Below are positions 10,638 through 21,479 of a DNA stretch of 64,000 bases, in pieces. The position numbers were made by a program, and so were the translations under genes. Under the pieces are notes generated by a model. The model saw only the letters and a list, made by a program, of their open reading frames with translations, ran no database searches and was not told the DNA's origin. Every line of letters begins with the position of its first letter. The first letter of the stretch is position 1. The stretch comes from an uncultured Nitrospiraceae bacterium (GTDB lineage Bacteria; Nitrospirota; Nitrospiria; Nitrospirales; Nitrospiraceae). The stretch covers positions 1 to 64,000 of the forward strand of contig CAVPLT010000005.1 in NCBI GenBank assembly GCA_963706325.1, given 5' to 3'.

Positions 10638-13600
10638 ATGATTGAACGGCTGGTGGGATTTGCGTTGGCGCAACGGCTGATGGTGTGCGTCGCAGGGATG
10701 GCGCTCTTGTTCGGCGGATTGTACGCGTTTCACATTCTCGATGTGGTGGCCTATCCCGATCCTTCGCCTCCGATGATCGAGGTCATCACCCAGTATCCCG
10801 GCTGGTCGGGCGAGCAGATGGAGCGGGCCATTACCTTGCCTATCGAAATCGCTCTCCAGGGTATGCCTGGGCTGACGGAGATTCGCTCGCTTTCGATCTT
10901 CGGGCTCAGCGATGTGAAAGTCTATTTCGATTTCGGCACTGACTATTTTCGAGATCGGCAGGAGATTCTCAATCGTCTCCAACTCACCACATTACCCCAA
11001 AACGTGCAACCGGCTATTTCTCCCTGGTCGGCTATCGCGGAAATCTTTCGGTACGAACTGACCGGCGAGCACGTCTCCCTCACCGACCTGAAGACTATCC
11101 AGGACTGGCAGATTCGGCGTGAGTTCAAACGCGTGCCGGGCGTGATCGATGTGAGCACCTACGGCGGGACGACCAAGGAGTATCACGTCGAGTTAGATCC
11201 AGGGCAACTCATGAGCTACAACGTGACGCTTGATCAGGTGATGGACGGCCTCGCCAAGAGTAATACCGATGTGGGCGGAAACTATCTCACCATGGGGGCG
11301 CAGAGTTTCAACATTCGCGGAATGGGACTGATCAAGAAGCTCAATGACATCGCCAATACCGTCGTTACGCAGAAGGAAGGAACGCCGGTATTCGTCAGAA
11401 ATTTGGGCAAGACAAGCATCGGGTCCCGGGTGCGGTTGGGTAAAGTCGGCATCGACGACCGGGATGACGTCGTGGAAGGCGTCGTGCTGCTTCAGCGAGG
11501 CGCCAAGGCGCTGCCGGTGTTGGAGAAGGTCCATGAAAAGATCCAGGACCTCAACGCGCATAAACTTCCCACGCGCGTGGGGATCAAAACCTTCTATGAC
11601 CGGACGGTTCTCATCCATACGACCATTGAAACCGTCATTGATATTTTGATTGCCGGTATCATCCTCGTCTCCATCATTTTGTATGTGTTTCTCGGTCACT
11701 TCAGGACGGCGATGATTGTCGCGTTGACGGTTCCCGTGGCGCTCTTGTTCACCTTCGGCATGATGGTGCTCAGCGGGCAGTCGGCGAATCTGATTTCGTT
11801 GGGCGCTGTCGATTTCGGGATCATCGTCGATTCCACGCTGATTATGGTCGAAAGCATTTTTTATCACCTCGCGCACAGGGCTTCGTCCGGGAGCACGGTG
11901 CCGATACATGTCATGCGCGCCGCGCGTGAAGTGGGGCGGCCCATTTTCTTCGCGACCACGATTATCGTCGTGGCGTTCCTGCCGCTGTTCACCATGACGG
12001 GTGTTCCGGGCAAGGTGTTTGCGCCCATGTCCTTGACCTATGGATTTGCCTTGAGCGGTGCGCTGTTGATGGCCTTTACGCTTGCGCCCGCGCTCTGTTC
12101 GCTGTTGCTGACCGGCCCGATCCGAGAGCGCGACACCGCGGTGGTGGAGTTCTTGAAGACCCGCTATCTGGCGCTGCTGAATTGGGGACTCAGGCGAGAA
12201 TGGCTCGTGATCGGCATTGCGATCCTGTCGCTGGTCATGGCCCTCGCAGCGGTGCCGTTCATTGGGGGCGAGTTCATGCCGGCGTTGGAAGAGGGCAATA
12301 TTTGGATGCGCACCACATTTCCGGTGGATATTTCTTTCGAGGAGGCCGCCCATCTTGTCACCGATATCCGGGGGATTTTTCGGCAGTTCCCTGAGGTCAT
12401 CAGCGCGGCGTCGCAACTGGGCCGCCCGGATGACGGCACCGACCCGACGAGTTTCTTCAATGCGGAGTTCCTGGTGACCTTGAAACCGCTCAAACACTGG
12501 CGCGCCGAGGTGCCCACGAAAAAGGAGCTGATCGATCAGATTGAGCACCGTCTGGCCGCGATTCCCGGCGTCACCTTCAATTTTTCTCAGGCGATTCAGG
12601 ATAATGTGCAGGAGGCCATGTCGGGGGTCAAAGGAGAAAATGCGATCAAGCTCTTTGGGAGCGATCTTCAGACCCTGGAGCAGTTGGCGAAACAGATTGA
12701 GTCGCTGATGAAAGACGTGCAGGGCGTCAAGGACTTGGGTGTACTCCATCTGTTGGGGCAACCGAACCTTGTCATCGAAGTGAACCGCGAGGAGTGCGCC
12801 AGGTATGGCCTCAAGGTGGGCGATGTCAACGATGTGGTGCAGGCCGCGATCGGTGGTCAGGCCGTGACTCAAATTTACGAGGGCGAACGGTGGTTTGATC
12901 TTGTTGTGCGGTTCCTCCCGGAGTTCAGGCGCGATATCGAGTCGATCGGCAACATCGTGGTGAGTACCCCCGAAGGCGCTCGCATTCCGCTCAAGCAGTT
13001 GGCGTCGATTACCGAGCAGACCGGCGCGTTCATCGTCTATCGGGAAAACAATGAACGGTATATTCCTCTCAAGTTCAGCGTTCGCGGACGGGACTTGGAA
13101 GGCACGGTGCGGGAGGCGCAGGAACGGATTGAGAAGCAGGTGCAGATTCCTTCAGGCTACCGGATCGAATGGCATGGGGAGTTCGATCAGTTGCAAGAAG
13201 AGAAGGCGCGGTTAGCCAAGATTGTTCCCATCACGTTGCTCATCATTCTCTTTTTGGTGTACCTGGTGCTCCATAACCTGCGAGATGCCTTGCTGGTGCT
13301 GGCGGCTGTGCCGTTCTCCTTGGTCGGCGGCGTGCTGGCGCTATTGGTGACGGGAACGCATTTCAGTATTTCGGCGGCAGTGGGTTTCATTTCGTTGTTC
13401 GGCGTAGCGGTGCAGGGCGCGTTGATCCTCATCAGTCGAATGCGAGAGATGCTGCGTGAAGGGTATGAGATCAAAGAGGCGATCTTGAAAAGCGCCGAGG
13501 TCCGGATGCGTCCGGTACTGATGACTTCGCTTGCGGCGGCCATCGGGCTCTTGCCTGCGGCCATCGCGAGCGGCATCGGCGCACAATCACAACAGCCGTT

Positions 13601-13730
13601 GGCCCGGGTCGTAGTGGGGGGCATGTTGACCTCCGCTGCCCTCATTTTGTTTGTGTTGCCTGTGTTGTACCAGCTCCTGCATCGATTCGGCAGGCCGGAC
13701 ACTCCGCCGAACCGACCGGCGTCGCCGTAG
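10638..13730 (+). CDS. CusA/CzcA-family heavy-metal efflux RND transporter
   Basis: ~1030 aa with AVDFGIIVDS, GGEFMPALEEG and RMRPVLMT motifs. GGAGG RBS. Confidence 0.9.
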   Translation: MIERLVGFALAQRLMVCVAGMALLFGGLYAFHILDVVAYPDPSPPMIEVITQYPGWSGEQMERAITLPIEIALQGMPGLTEIRSLSIFGLSDVKVYFDFGTDYFRDRQEILNRLQLTTLPQNVQPAISPWSAIAEIFRYELTGEHVSLTDLKTIQDWQIRREFKRVPGVIDVSTYGGTTKEYHVELDPGQLMSYNVTLDQVMDGLAKSNTDVGGNYLTMGAQSFNIRGMGLIKKLNDIANTVVTQKEGTPVFVRNLGKTSIGSRVRLGKVGIDDRDDVVEGVVLLQRGAKALPVLEKVHEKIQDLNAHKLPTRVGIKTFYDRTVLIHTTIETVIDILIAGIILVSIILYVFLGHFRTAMIVALTVPVALLFTFGMMVLSGQSANLISLGAVDFGIIVDSTLIMVESIFYHLAHRASSGSTVPIHVMRAAREVGRPIFFATTIIVVAFLPLFTMTGVPGKVFAPMSLTYGFALSGALLMAFTLAPALCSLLLTGPIRERDTAVVEFLKTRYLALLNWGLRREWLVIGIAILSLVMALAAVPFIGGEFMPALEEGNIWMRTTFPVDISFEEAAHLVTDIRGIFRQFPEVISAASQLGRPDDGTDPTSFFNAEFLVTLKPLKHWRAEVPTKKELIDQIEHRLAAIPGVTFNFSQAIQDNVQEAMSGVKGENAIKLFGSDLQTLEQLAKQIESLMKDVQGVKDLGVLHLLGQPNLVIEVNREECARYGLKVGDVNDVVQAAIGGQAVTQIYEGERWFDLVVRFLPEFRRDIESIGNIVVSTPEGARIPLKQLASITEQTGAFIVYRENNERYIPLKFSVRGRDLEGTVREAQERIEKQVQIPSGYRIEWHGEFDQLQEEKARLAKIVPITLLIILFLVYLVLHNLRDALLVLAAVPFSLVGGVLALLVTGTHFSISAAVGFISLFGVAVQGALILISRMREMLREGYEIKEAILKSAEVRMRPVLMTSLAAAIGLLPAAIASGIGAQSQQPLARVVVGGMLTSAALILFVLPVLYQLLHRFGRPDTPPNRPASP

Positions 13731-13841
13731 AGATCATTGGTGAAATGGCGCAGGCATTGTCATTTCTGATGGCTCCAGCCTGAGCCGCCGCTGAATGGGT
13801 GCAGGTGGGGACGGAAATTGGGAGGGGAGGGTCGAGCTGAG

Positions 13842-16800
13842 TCAGCTCGCTACTGGCTGGGGAGTGAGAGAGATCTCAGTATTGTCAGGAAACGCAGTAC
13901 CCAGCCGAATTGTCCGTAAGGGCCCGCGTGCGGTCACGCGCATCTTGTACCCGTCCCATTGCCAATCGATCGAACCGCCTGGAAGCGCCAATCCGAACAC
14001 CGCCATCGGTTGCGCGAGCCACGCCTTTGGAATCCCGGCGCCGATAACCACGGCAGGGCCATCCTTCATGTCATCGACATAGGCCAGCATGTCTTGCTGT
14101 AACATCAACAACAACGCCGCCGTTTCATAATCTGGGGAGACAGCTGCCCGATTGTGCCATCCCCGGATATACTGCCAGCCGTCCGCCACATCCGTCGTCC
14201 ACGGACGCGGCGAATCCCACGTATACAGCCCGGGTGACGCCTGGTGATTCCAAATCTCATGCAGCACGGCCCAGACGGCATCCGGACGCCTCGACCGTAA
14301 CGCCAAGTGTGCGCGGGCCAATTGCGCCTCGACCGTATGGTCGTCGGACGTGGGTCTAAAGCCGGGCAGAGGTTGTGCAAACGAAATCGGAAAGGATGTG
14401 GTCCCAATCCCCGCCTGCAGACTTATTGGCGGGATGACGGCGTCGGAGTGATCGCGGAGAACCTTGTGCTGCCAGCTTGTTTGTAGCGCACGTGCTTGAT
14501 CTCGCCAGCGCGCGGCGTCACGACGTTTGCCGAGTTGCGCGGCAAATTCGGCGGCCGCGACCAACCCTCGATAACTCACGGCATTCACATAGAACGACGG
14601 CCATTCGTTGCCGACCCTGCCCACGATCAGTCCGTCACGAGCCGGTTGCGCCAGTACGCTGATTCTTGTCGATTGTCCGTGTTGGATGTCATAGGGAGAA
14701 GGCACGACAAAGGACTCCTCGATCAGGGTGCGGGTCGTCAACATGTCCTCGATGCGCTGCCCCTTGCGAAGGATATGGGGCCACAACCACTGATCATGGT
14801 CATGGTCGGCGATATAGGCGGCAGATGCTGTGAGCGCCCAGATGGCCAGGCCCGGCGCATCGGCTTCCGGCCCCGCCCCCCCACCGAAGTCATGGGTTGC
14901 GAGATACTGAGAGAGGACGCGGCTGACGTGCGGATCGCCGGCGCGAGCGAGAGCCGCCGTGATGTAACTCCCCTGGCGTTGCCACGCGCGATAAAAAAGG
15001 ATGGGGTCGCCGGGTCTGGTTTCACGGCCGATCAGACTCATCATGAGATGATCGATTTGCGCATTCATGGAAGCCTGAAAGCGTTGATCGGGAAGGTCAA
15101 GACGGACTTTCTCAGGCGAATTTCTGTACCACCGCTGCATTTGAATGGGAATCCGCAAATCAGATAGTACGAGTCGATATTCATCGCTCGCCTTCACAGC
15201 ATCCGCTCGCAGGACCAGGCGCGCATACCCCCAACCGGACTTGCCCATCCATGACGTCTCTGCCGTGTGAGCCGTCATCCATCCCGTCGTATTCTCATCA
15301 CCCAAGCTGACGGTGGCGGGAGAAGGCGTGATACTCACTGCCCATCGATCGTTCACGACGACCCGATCCCCGTCCCAATTCAGATTGGTGATCGGTCCCC
15401 CGGCTGGTCCCACGCTACGAATGAGGATCGCGGGAATGTGCGATGTGCGGTTCTTGAACCGGAGTTCCCAATGCGTCGCGTCCAGCCGCGTCCATGTGGC
15501 GTCATAGTGCGGCGTCTGAGTCACGATGGCCGGGACATGAGGATGGGTAGAGGGTTGAAATGTCTGCCGAATGTCGCTGAGCGGCAGCGTTTGGCTGGTC
15601 ATGACCGGGTGTCCGTCGGTATCGCAGAGCCAGAGTGAGATGCCGAAGCTCGGGGCTTGCGGGCTGAAGTCCCCACCGGGCTCGTGATAGGCATGGTCGG
15701 CCTCCGAAGCACCCGGAACGGCCAAGGGGATATGTCCGACCGACCTCGGCCAAGGACGATCCGGATCTTTCAACATCATGCTGGTCATCTCGTCGCGTTG
15801 GGGCGTGAAGTGCGTAGCAGCCTCGGCCGCCTGCCGGAACTGCTGCCAGTTGTTGATGCCGGCGCACAGGGCAAGGAGGCCCGCTAGGACAAGCACCACC
15901 GATCGTCCTGGGCTGAGCGCCCCCAACGCCGCCACGGCGATGAGAAGGGGGATGAAATTCAGCGCGTAGGTGAAGGTTTCTTCCCCGTAGACCATGTGCA
16001 ACGAAAGCTCAAACACCAATAAGGCTGCCAGCACGAGCCGGAAGCGCAGCTGACGATCCAGTGTCACCAGTCGCCATAGTCCGTTCATGAGCAAGGCCGA
16101 CCAGAGGCAGACGGCGACGAGCCCCAGGGGACCCGCCGATCCCGGAGAGGAGAATTGAAAGGCTAGGCGCTGCGACAAGCGAAAGGAATCGTCGCCAAAC
16201 TGAATGTACCCGTCATCATCGATGAAACGTATGGCCGGCGCGATGAGGCTGTGGAACACAAAGGATGAGGCAATGTTCTGCATGTCTCCCGACTGGGGAT
16301 GATGGATCCAGTTAGCCTCCTTGCGGCTGCCGATGAAAAACTCCGCCGAGGGGAAAATGAACTTTTGCGCCCCCCACAGGAGCACCACCAGGCACAACGC
16401 GTTGATGGAGAGTTGTACAGCTTGCCTGAACGGCCAACGCGCCAACATGGTCAAGAGGCCGGCCATCCAGTTGGTGACGGTGATGCTGAGCGTGAACGCG
16501 CTGGCGACCACATAGAGGGAGGCGCCGACCTTGTGCTGTTCGGCGAGTAGGAGCAGCGCGAGGGCCATCATGATCGAGAGCGAGCCCCACGTATAGGAGT
16601 TGGGCACAGGGAGCCAAAATATCGCCGATGCGCTGGACAGGGCGAGTATCGTGAAGAGGGACGCGTCGAACATTCGGCAGCCCAGAAGCCGCAGCAGGAG
16701 ATACAGCGTCCCGATCCACAAGCCACCGACGATGCTGGTCACGTACAATACGGCGCGTAGCGGAGGGATCGCCAGCGCGTGCTTCACCAGGTAGACGGGG

Positions 16801-17132
16801 ATGAAGGTGAGAATCGAGAACAAGGGATGGACGGAGGTTCGCGAGTGGTCGTCGGTGGTGGAAATCATGTTGGAGACTTCACGGATCGTATCGGCTTCGA
16901 ACCAGAAATCCATCGAATGCAACAGAAAGGAGGGGAGGGTATCGGCGATCAGGAGACCCGCTATGCCGGCCGCTAGGACGAACAAGCACGCCAGGATCCA
17001 GTCCTGCGGCGCCAAGGGCGACGTCCGGGGTGAGTGGTCCTGGGAAGGAGATTTCCCTAGGTCCACAGCATCATCAGGATGCATCGGATCAGGGTAGTGA
17101 AGTGGTGTCGCTGTATTGCCGTGTATGGCCAT
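13842..17132 (-). CDS. multi-pass membrane protein fused to a putative six-hairpin glycosidase-like domain
   Basis: ~10 TM segments in the first ~430 aa. C-terminal region has RPGDP...YRAWQRQGSY and EADAPG, resembling (alpha/alpha)6 glycoside hydrolases. Confidence 0.6.
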   Translation of the reverse strand: MAIHGNTATPLHYPDPMHPDDAVDLGKSPSQDHSPRTSPLAPQDWILACLFVLAAGIAGLLIADTLPSFLLHSMDFWFEADTIREVSNMISTTDDHSRTSVHPLFSILTFIPVYLVKHALAIPPLRAVLYVTSIVGGLWIGTLYLLLRLLGCRMFDASLFTILALSSASAIFWLPVPNSYTWGSLSIMMALALLLLAEQHKVGASLYVVASAFTLSITVTNWMAGLLTMLARWPFRQAVQLSINALCLVVLLWGAQKFIFPSAEFFIGSRKEANWIHHPQSGDMQNIASSFVFHSLIAPAIRFIDDDGYIQFGDDSFRLSQRLAFQFSSPGSAGPLGLVAVCLWSALLMNGLWRLVTLDRQLRFRLVLAALLVFELSLHMVYGEETFTYALNFIPLLIAVAALGALSPGRSVVLVLAGLLALCAGINNWQQFRQAAEAATHFTPQRDEMTSMMLKDPDRPWPRSVGHIPLAVPGASEADHAYHEPGGDFSPQAPSFGISLWLCDTDGHPVMTSQTLPLSDIRQTFQPSTHPHVPAIVTQTPHYDATWTRLDATHWELRFKNRTSHIPAILIRSVGPAGGPITNLNWDGDRVVVNDRWAVSITPSPATVSLGDENTTGWMTAHTAETSWMGKSGWGYARLVLRADAVKASDEYRLVLSDLRIPIQMQRWYRNSPEKVRLDLPDQRFQASMNAQIDHLMMSLIGRETRPGDPILFYRAWQRQGSYITAALARAGDPHVSRVLSQYLATHDFGGGAGPEADAPGLAIWALTASAAYIADHDHDQWLWPHILRKGQRIEDMLTTRTLIEESFVVPSPYDIQHGQSTRISVLAQPARDGLIVGRVGNEWPSFYVNAVSYRGLVAAAEFAAQLGKRRDAARWRDQARALQTSWQHKVLRDHSDAVIPPISLQAGIGTTSFPISFAQPLPGFRPTSDDHTVEAQLARAHLALRSRRPDAVWAVLHEIWNHQASPGLYTWDSPRPWTTDVADGWQYIRGWHNRAAVSPDYETAALLLMLQQDMLAYVDDMKDGPAVVIGAGIPKAWLAQPMAVFGLALPGGSIDWQWDGYKMRVTARGPLRTIRLGTAFPDNTEISLTPQPVAS

Positions 17133-17309
17133 GGCGAAATTGCTCAGGTGACGACGAGGCGAATGAAGTCCGCCGAGTGAGACTGTTCAGTGAGAAGTCG
17201 GAGGATTTTAGTGGGAACTGAAGTAGGCTTGTGGAGCCCGCGATTTGCTGCAATTCGGCGGCACCCCTCTCAGGTTTTCGCGGCGGCCGGCCGATACCGC
17301 TACACACTC

Positions 17310-18668
17310 ATGCGAAGCTATGTCATTTTCACTGCCTCTGCCGTGTTCCTGAGTCTGTTTTGGTGGCTCGCCTTCCGACGGGAATCGAGTGGACGATCAT
17401 TCCAGCCAGGGTTAACTGCCGCGTTGGTCGGTTTCGGGATCTGGATGTGGAGCGTCTCCGAGCCGGCGGTCTTGTTCTCTGACTTCAATGTCGCCTATTA
17501 CCCGGCCGGCCGGGCCGTGGTAGAGGACCTCCCGCACCTCTTTCGGCGCTGCTGGGATACTCCCGTCTGTGGCTTCGTCAACATTCCGATCGTTGCATTG
17601 CTGTTTACTCCGTTTTCGTTTCTTACCCTGCGACATGCGCAATGGCTCTTTATCGGCCTGTCGCTGATCAGCGTTGTGATGAGTCTGTTTCTGTTCTGGT
17701 CCGTCACGGATCGAGCGTGGTCACGGAGATGGGCGATGCTGTTGCTGTTCGCGATCAATGGGCCATTGTTCTACAGTCTCAAAGAGGGGAACCTGACTCA
17801 CTTCGCGCTTCTGTTGCTGATCGCCGGCGTGGTCTGTCTTGAAAAAACGTGGGCCCGCAGCGCCGGGGCCTGCTTTGCGCTGGCGGCGATCATCAAGCTG
17901 CCGCTGATGTTGTTTGCTCTCTATTTCATTGGTAGGCGGCAGTGGGAGGCGGTACTCGGGTATGCGGGAACGATTATCGCCGTATCGCTCTCGTCCTTAT
18001 GGTATGCGGGCTGGACCAGCCACTTGGATTGGTATCGGGAAGTGATCCAGCCGTTCTCAAACCAGGGTCTCACCGCCTTCAACGTGCAATCCATTGAAGG
18101 CGTGCTGTTGCGCCTTCAGGATGGAAGCGGGCTCTATGATTGGAAGCCGGTGCCGGTCGCCCCGGAAGTCCGGATGATCGGACAAGGCCTTGCGGCGTTG
18201 CTGGCGGGGAGTTCGGCGCTCATTTTTCTCCGTGAGCGAGGCCGTGAGGCTCGGGAGACGACTTATCTGGAGTTGTCGATGGTGCTTTGCCTGGCGCTGA
18301 TCATCAGCCCGATTTCCTGGACGCATTACTATCTGCTGTTGCTGCTACCCTTGGGGCTGTATGCCGGAAATCGATTGCCGATCGCTGCCCACGGCGGATG
18401 GATCGCGGTGATGATGCTCTGCGCATTGCTGATCTCGCCGCCGGCGACATTTACAGAGCAGGACACGCCCCGCGGCATGCTTGGCACATTATTTCTCTCG
18501 CACTATGTCATGGGTGCCGCGTTGTTATGGGGTTTTTTGGCATATGCTCGCTGGCGGGTTGGGGATGTGAAGTCCCTTCGGTTGGTGGCCGCAGAGCCGA
18601 AGCGGCCTGTTCCCGTGAGTGCGGAGCTTCCGCAGGATCCTGATGAGGCCGCGAGACGATCGGCCTAA
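17310..18668 (+). CDS. GT87/DUF2029-family membrane glycosyltransferase (GT-C)
   Basis: SDFNVAYY, EGNLT, AAIIKLPL and SPISWTHY motifs, multi-TM. Confidence 0.8.
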   Translation: MRSYVIFTASAVFLSLFWWLAFRRESSGRSFQPGLTAALVGFGIWMWSVSEPAVLFSDFNVAYYPAGRAVVEDLPHLFRRCWDTPVCGFVNIPIVALLFTPFSFLTLRHAQWLFIGLSLISVVMSLFLFWSVTDRAWSRRWAMLLLFAINGPLFYSLKEGNLTHFALLLLIAGVVCLEKTWARSAGACFALAAIIKLPLMLFALYFIGRRQWEAVLGYAGTIIAVSLSSLWYAGWTSHLDWYREVIQPFSNQGLTAFNVQSIEGVLLRLQDGSGLYDWKPVPVAPEVRMIGQGLAALLAGSSALIFLRERGREARETTYLELSMVLCLALIISPISWTHYYLLLLLPLGLYAGNRLPIAAHGGWIAVMMLCALLISPPATFTEQDTPRGMLGTLFLSHYVMGAALLWGFLAYARWRVGDVKSLRLVAAEPKRPVPVSAELPQDPDEAARRSA

Positions 18669-19252
18669 TTCCCCCGTTCGGCCCATACCACATAGCGCAA
18701 AGGCCCGCCGGCTTTGATCGCGTCGAACGGGAAGCAGGTGACGAGGATCAATTCCTCCCTGTCACCCTCGATAGGAATGACATCGCGCCTTGAATCCATC
18801 ACCCCTTGCTTTGTGACTCTGTAGCGCAGGGTGATGCCGTCCGTTCCCGTCACATCATACTGATCGTTCAGTCGGACATCCTTCAAAAAGCGGAAGTGGG
18901 TATCTCGATGGCCGGTCACGACCATCGCGCCCTGTTGCCCCGGCAATGCACTTGAGGTGAGATGCCCAGGACCGAATGCGAGAGTGCGGCCGTAGGCGCC
19001 TGCGAGGACGATCAGATCCACAGCCGGACGCTGCATGTGGAGATGCGCGACCGGCCACGTATCGGACCAGGGCCAGGGTTTCGGCCTCGATTCCCCCGCC
19101 AGGGCACGGGCCCAGGCTCGCTGCAGCAAGAACTGCGCGAGCCCGGCCTTCGCATAGATCCACGCCCCTTCCCCAACCTGCCAGCAGCCGATGGCGAGAA
19201 GGCCCACCATCAGCATTGCCAGCGAGCGGGAGGCCGTTCGGCACTGACTCAT
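18665..19252 (-). CDS. class GN sortase
   Basis: AKAGLAQFLL..AW, PWPWSDTWP, LAFGPGH, GHRDTHF, LVTCFPF and catalytic Arg. ATGA-coupled to the upstream target gene. Confidence 0.9.
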   Translation of the reverse strand: MSQCRTASRSLAMLMVGLLAIGCWQVGEGAWIYAKAGLAQFLLQRAWARALAGESRPKPWPWSDTWPVAHLHMQRPAVDLIVLAGAYGRTLAFGPGHLTSSALPGQQGAMVVTGHRDTHFRFLKDVRLNDQYDVTGTDGITLRYRVTKQGVMDSRRDVIPIEGDREELILVTCFPFDAIKAGGPLRYVVWAERGN

Positions 19253-21390
19253 GCACCCTTTCTCTGAAATCTCCAAAGCAGTCCCGCGAGCATCAGTGCC
19301 GCAAGCCCTGCGAGGAGTTGCAAGTGACCGCTTGTCGCAGTTTTTGGCAGGCCCGCGAGGGACACCTGGTTTTGCGCGCGTGCCAGGTTCATCGCCTGAT
19401 CGCGTTCAGCCGCGAGTGTGTCCGTGGATCGGGCCGGGGTGATATCGACGGCAAGGAGACTTGTGAATTGGCTGACCACGTGATGGGCCAGCGCCACATC
19501 GATCACGGCCTTTCGAACCCCTCCTTCAGCGCCTCCTCTGTAGGTCTCGTCCATGAGCGCCGAAATCTTTTGCCTGGCCCAGTAGCCGGACAGGCCGACG
19601 CGCGATTTTGAGCTCATCAGCGAGACAGGAAGCGACCAGGGTTGCGCGCCATTGTGTCCGCGGAGGGTCGCCTGCGTTGGGAGCGCCTCGGCTTTGATCG
19701 CCAGAACAACCGGTTCGCCTACGTAGAGGTCGGCGATCTGCGAGGGATAGTGTTCCAGTCCTGACCATCCGGTTTGATCGAGCGTGATGGCATGAAGCAC
19801 CGAACGTTCCAGTTTCTCGAACAGGCCATCCAGTTTCCCCTTCACTTCATTCACATTGCCGATATAGGTGAATGTGCCGCTGCCGATCTCAGCCATTTTC
19901 CGCATGAGATGGCTGTTGGGTGTCGAACCGATTCCAATGGTGAACAGGCGTCGGTTCGCCACATGGTGGTGCAGCAGATCAAATAGCTCCTCTTCGTTGC
20001 CTACCTGGCCGTCGGTCAGGAGAATCATTTGCTGGAGCCTGGAGCCGTCTTGCGGACTCTTGAGCGCTTCTCTCAAGGCGGGAAGCACTTCGGTTCCGCC
20101 ATCGGCTGAGAGATGTTCGGTGTACCGGATCGCCCGTTTGATCGTCGTGGTCGTCACGGGTTGAGGCGTAGAGTAGAGCGATCGGACGGCATTGTTGAAT
20201 TGAATGATGTTGAACCGGTCCTGCGTGGTCAGCCGCATAAGGGCGGCTGCCACGGATGCTTTTGCCTGCTCGATCGACGGCCCGGCCATGGAGCCCGATG
20301 TATCGATGATGAAGGTCAGGTCTCGAGGCAGGCGTGGAGCCTTATCGTTCTGCTCTGTCGGAGGAACGAGCATCAGCATGGCATAGGTTTCTCCGTGGTG
20401 CCGTTCGGTGAAGACGGTCGCCATCGGCTCGGCGCGAGGCGTCGGGTGCCACACGAGTTGAAAATCTCGATCCGCCGGAACGGCGTCAGCCCGCAGACTG
20501 ATCTGATACCCGCCGTTCGAGTCCGGGATCGCAATGATGGGATGAAATGTCGACTCGACCTTAGCTACGGGGAAGCCCGGGTTGAGCGTCAGTGATAGGC
20601 TGACGGGGTTGATGGATCTCTGGCTGGGTGTTCGCACCGGAGGTGTGATGCGCGAGGCGTCCGGGACACGATCGGTATCCAGGCTCATACCCAATCCTTT
20701 AGGAGCTTGGTCTTCAATAATCACCGGCGCGCCGGGAATGTAGCGCGGTCCGACGGCCATAGGAAAACGGAGGTGAAATTCTTCGTTTTCGTATCGGACC
20801 GTTTCCTGGTACTCAATTTCGATGGTGACCTGTTCGCCCGGACCGATATTGGCTACCGAGGTCGTAAAGATGTTCGGTCGCTCCTGCTCGATGAGGCCGG
20901 TCCGCTTCCCTTCCTGTTTGGCCTGTTCGTAGCCCCTCTTGGCCTCGCCTCGCTCCTTGATCTGTCCTTCGATGATGCGGTTGCCCACTTTCATGCGGAG
21001 ATGGTCCACAGCCGCGGTCTCCGGTAACGGAAACACGTACACGCCTTCCAGCCAGTCGCCTTTTTCCTTGCCGGGGTTCGTAAACTCCTGCCGGACCGTC
21101 GCGCGCGCGATGAGGCCGGTCACGGTAATCTGCACGTCGCTCTTTAAGAGAGGCGCCGGCGTATATCGACCTGCTTGGTTGGTTTGAAACAGTAGCGCGC
21201 CTTCCGTCACCGAGTTGAGGCTCATAGTGGGAACCATGCCGGTAGTGAGCGTTGCTGGCAGTTCGGCAGATGAAGCCGGTGGAGGCAAAGTGAGCATGCC
21301 GAGTGTTGTGAGAAACGTACAGAGTATCAGGCGCGCCGCGTTTGGCAGGGCGCGGCGGCGTTGGGCCCAGCGATTGTCATACAGCATCAT
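19249..21390 (-). CDS. VIT-vWA sortase target protein (marine proteobacterial type)
   Basis: VIT domain (EGVYVFPLP), MIDAS DTSGSM, LTDG. C-terminal LPKTA (19336-19350) followed by a TM helix and RKG basic tail. Confidence 0.9.
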   Translation of the reverse strand: MMLYDNRWAQRRRALPNAARLILCTFLTTLGMLTLPPPASSAELPATLTTGMVPTMSLNSVTEGALLFQTNQAGRYTPAPLLKSDVQITVTGLIARATVRQEFTNPGKEKGDWLEGVYVFPLPETAAVDHLRMKVGNRIIEGQIKERGEAKRGYEQAKQEGKRTGLIEQERPNIFTTSVANIGPGEQVTIEIEYQETVRYENEEFHLRFPMAVGPRYIPGAPVIIEDQAPKGLGMSLDTDRVPDASRITPPVRTPSQRSINPVSLSLTLNPGFPVAKVESTFHPIIAIPDSNGGYQISLRADAVPADRDFQLVWHPTPRAEPMATVFTERHHGETYAMLMLVPPTEQNDKAPRLPRDLTFIIDTSGSMAGPSIEQAKASVAAALMRLTTQDRFNIIQFNNAVRSLYSTPQPVTTTTIKRAIRYTEHLSADGGTEVLPALREALKSPQDGSRLQQMILLTDGQVGNEEELFDLLHHHVANRRLFTIGIGSTPNSHLMRKMAEIGSGTFTYIGNVNEVKGKLDGLFEKLERSVLHAITLDQTGWSGLEHYPSQIADLYVGEPVVLAIKAEALPTQATLRGHNGAQPWSLPVSLMSSKSRVGLSGYWARQKISALMDETYRGGAEGGVRKAVIDVALAHHVVSQFTSLLAVDITPARSTDTLAAERDQAMNLARAQNQVSLAGLPKTATSGHLQLLAGLAALMLAGLLWRFQRKGA

Positions 21391-21479
21391 GTCCTCGTTT
21401 CATCGGGTTGGGTGATGGATCGTCTGCGGGGGCCTGGGAAAGACGGAGGGTCTTTCCCAGGTTGAGCCTCGGCATCGAA

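Noticed and set aside
11193..12872. 559-aa minus-strand ORF
   Set aside because: Antisense shadow of the CusA-like gene, with no recognisable motifs.
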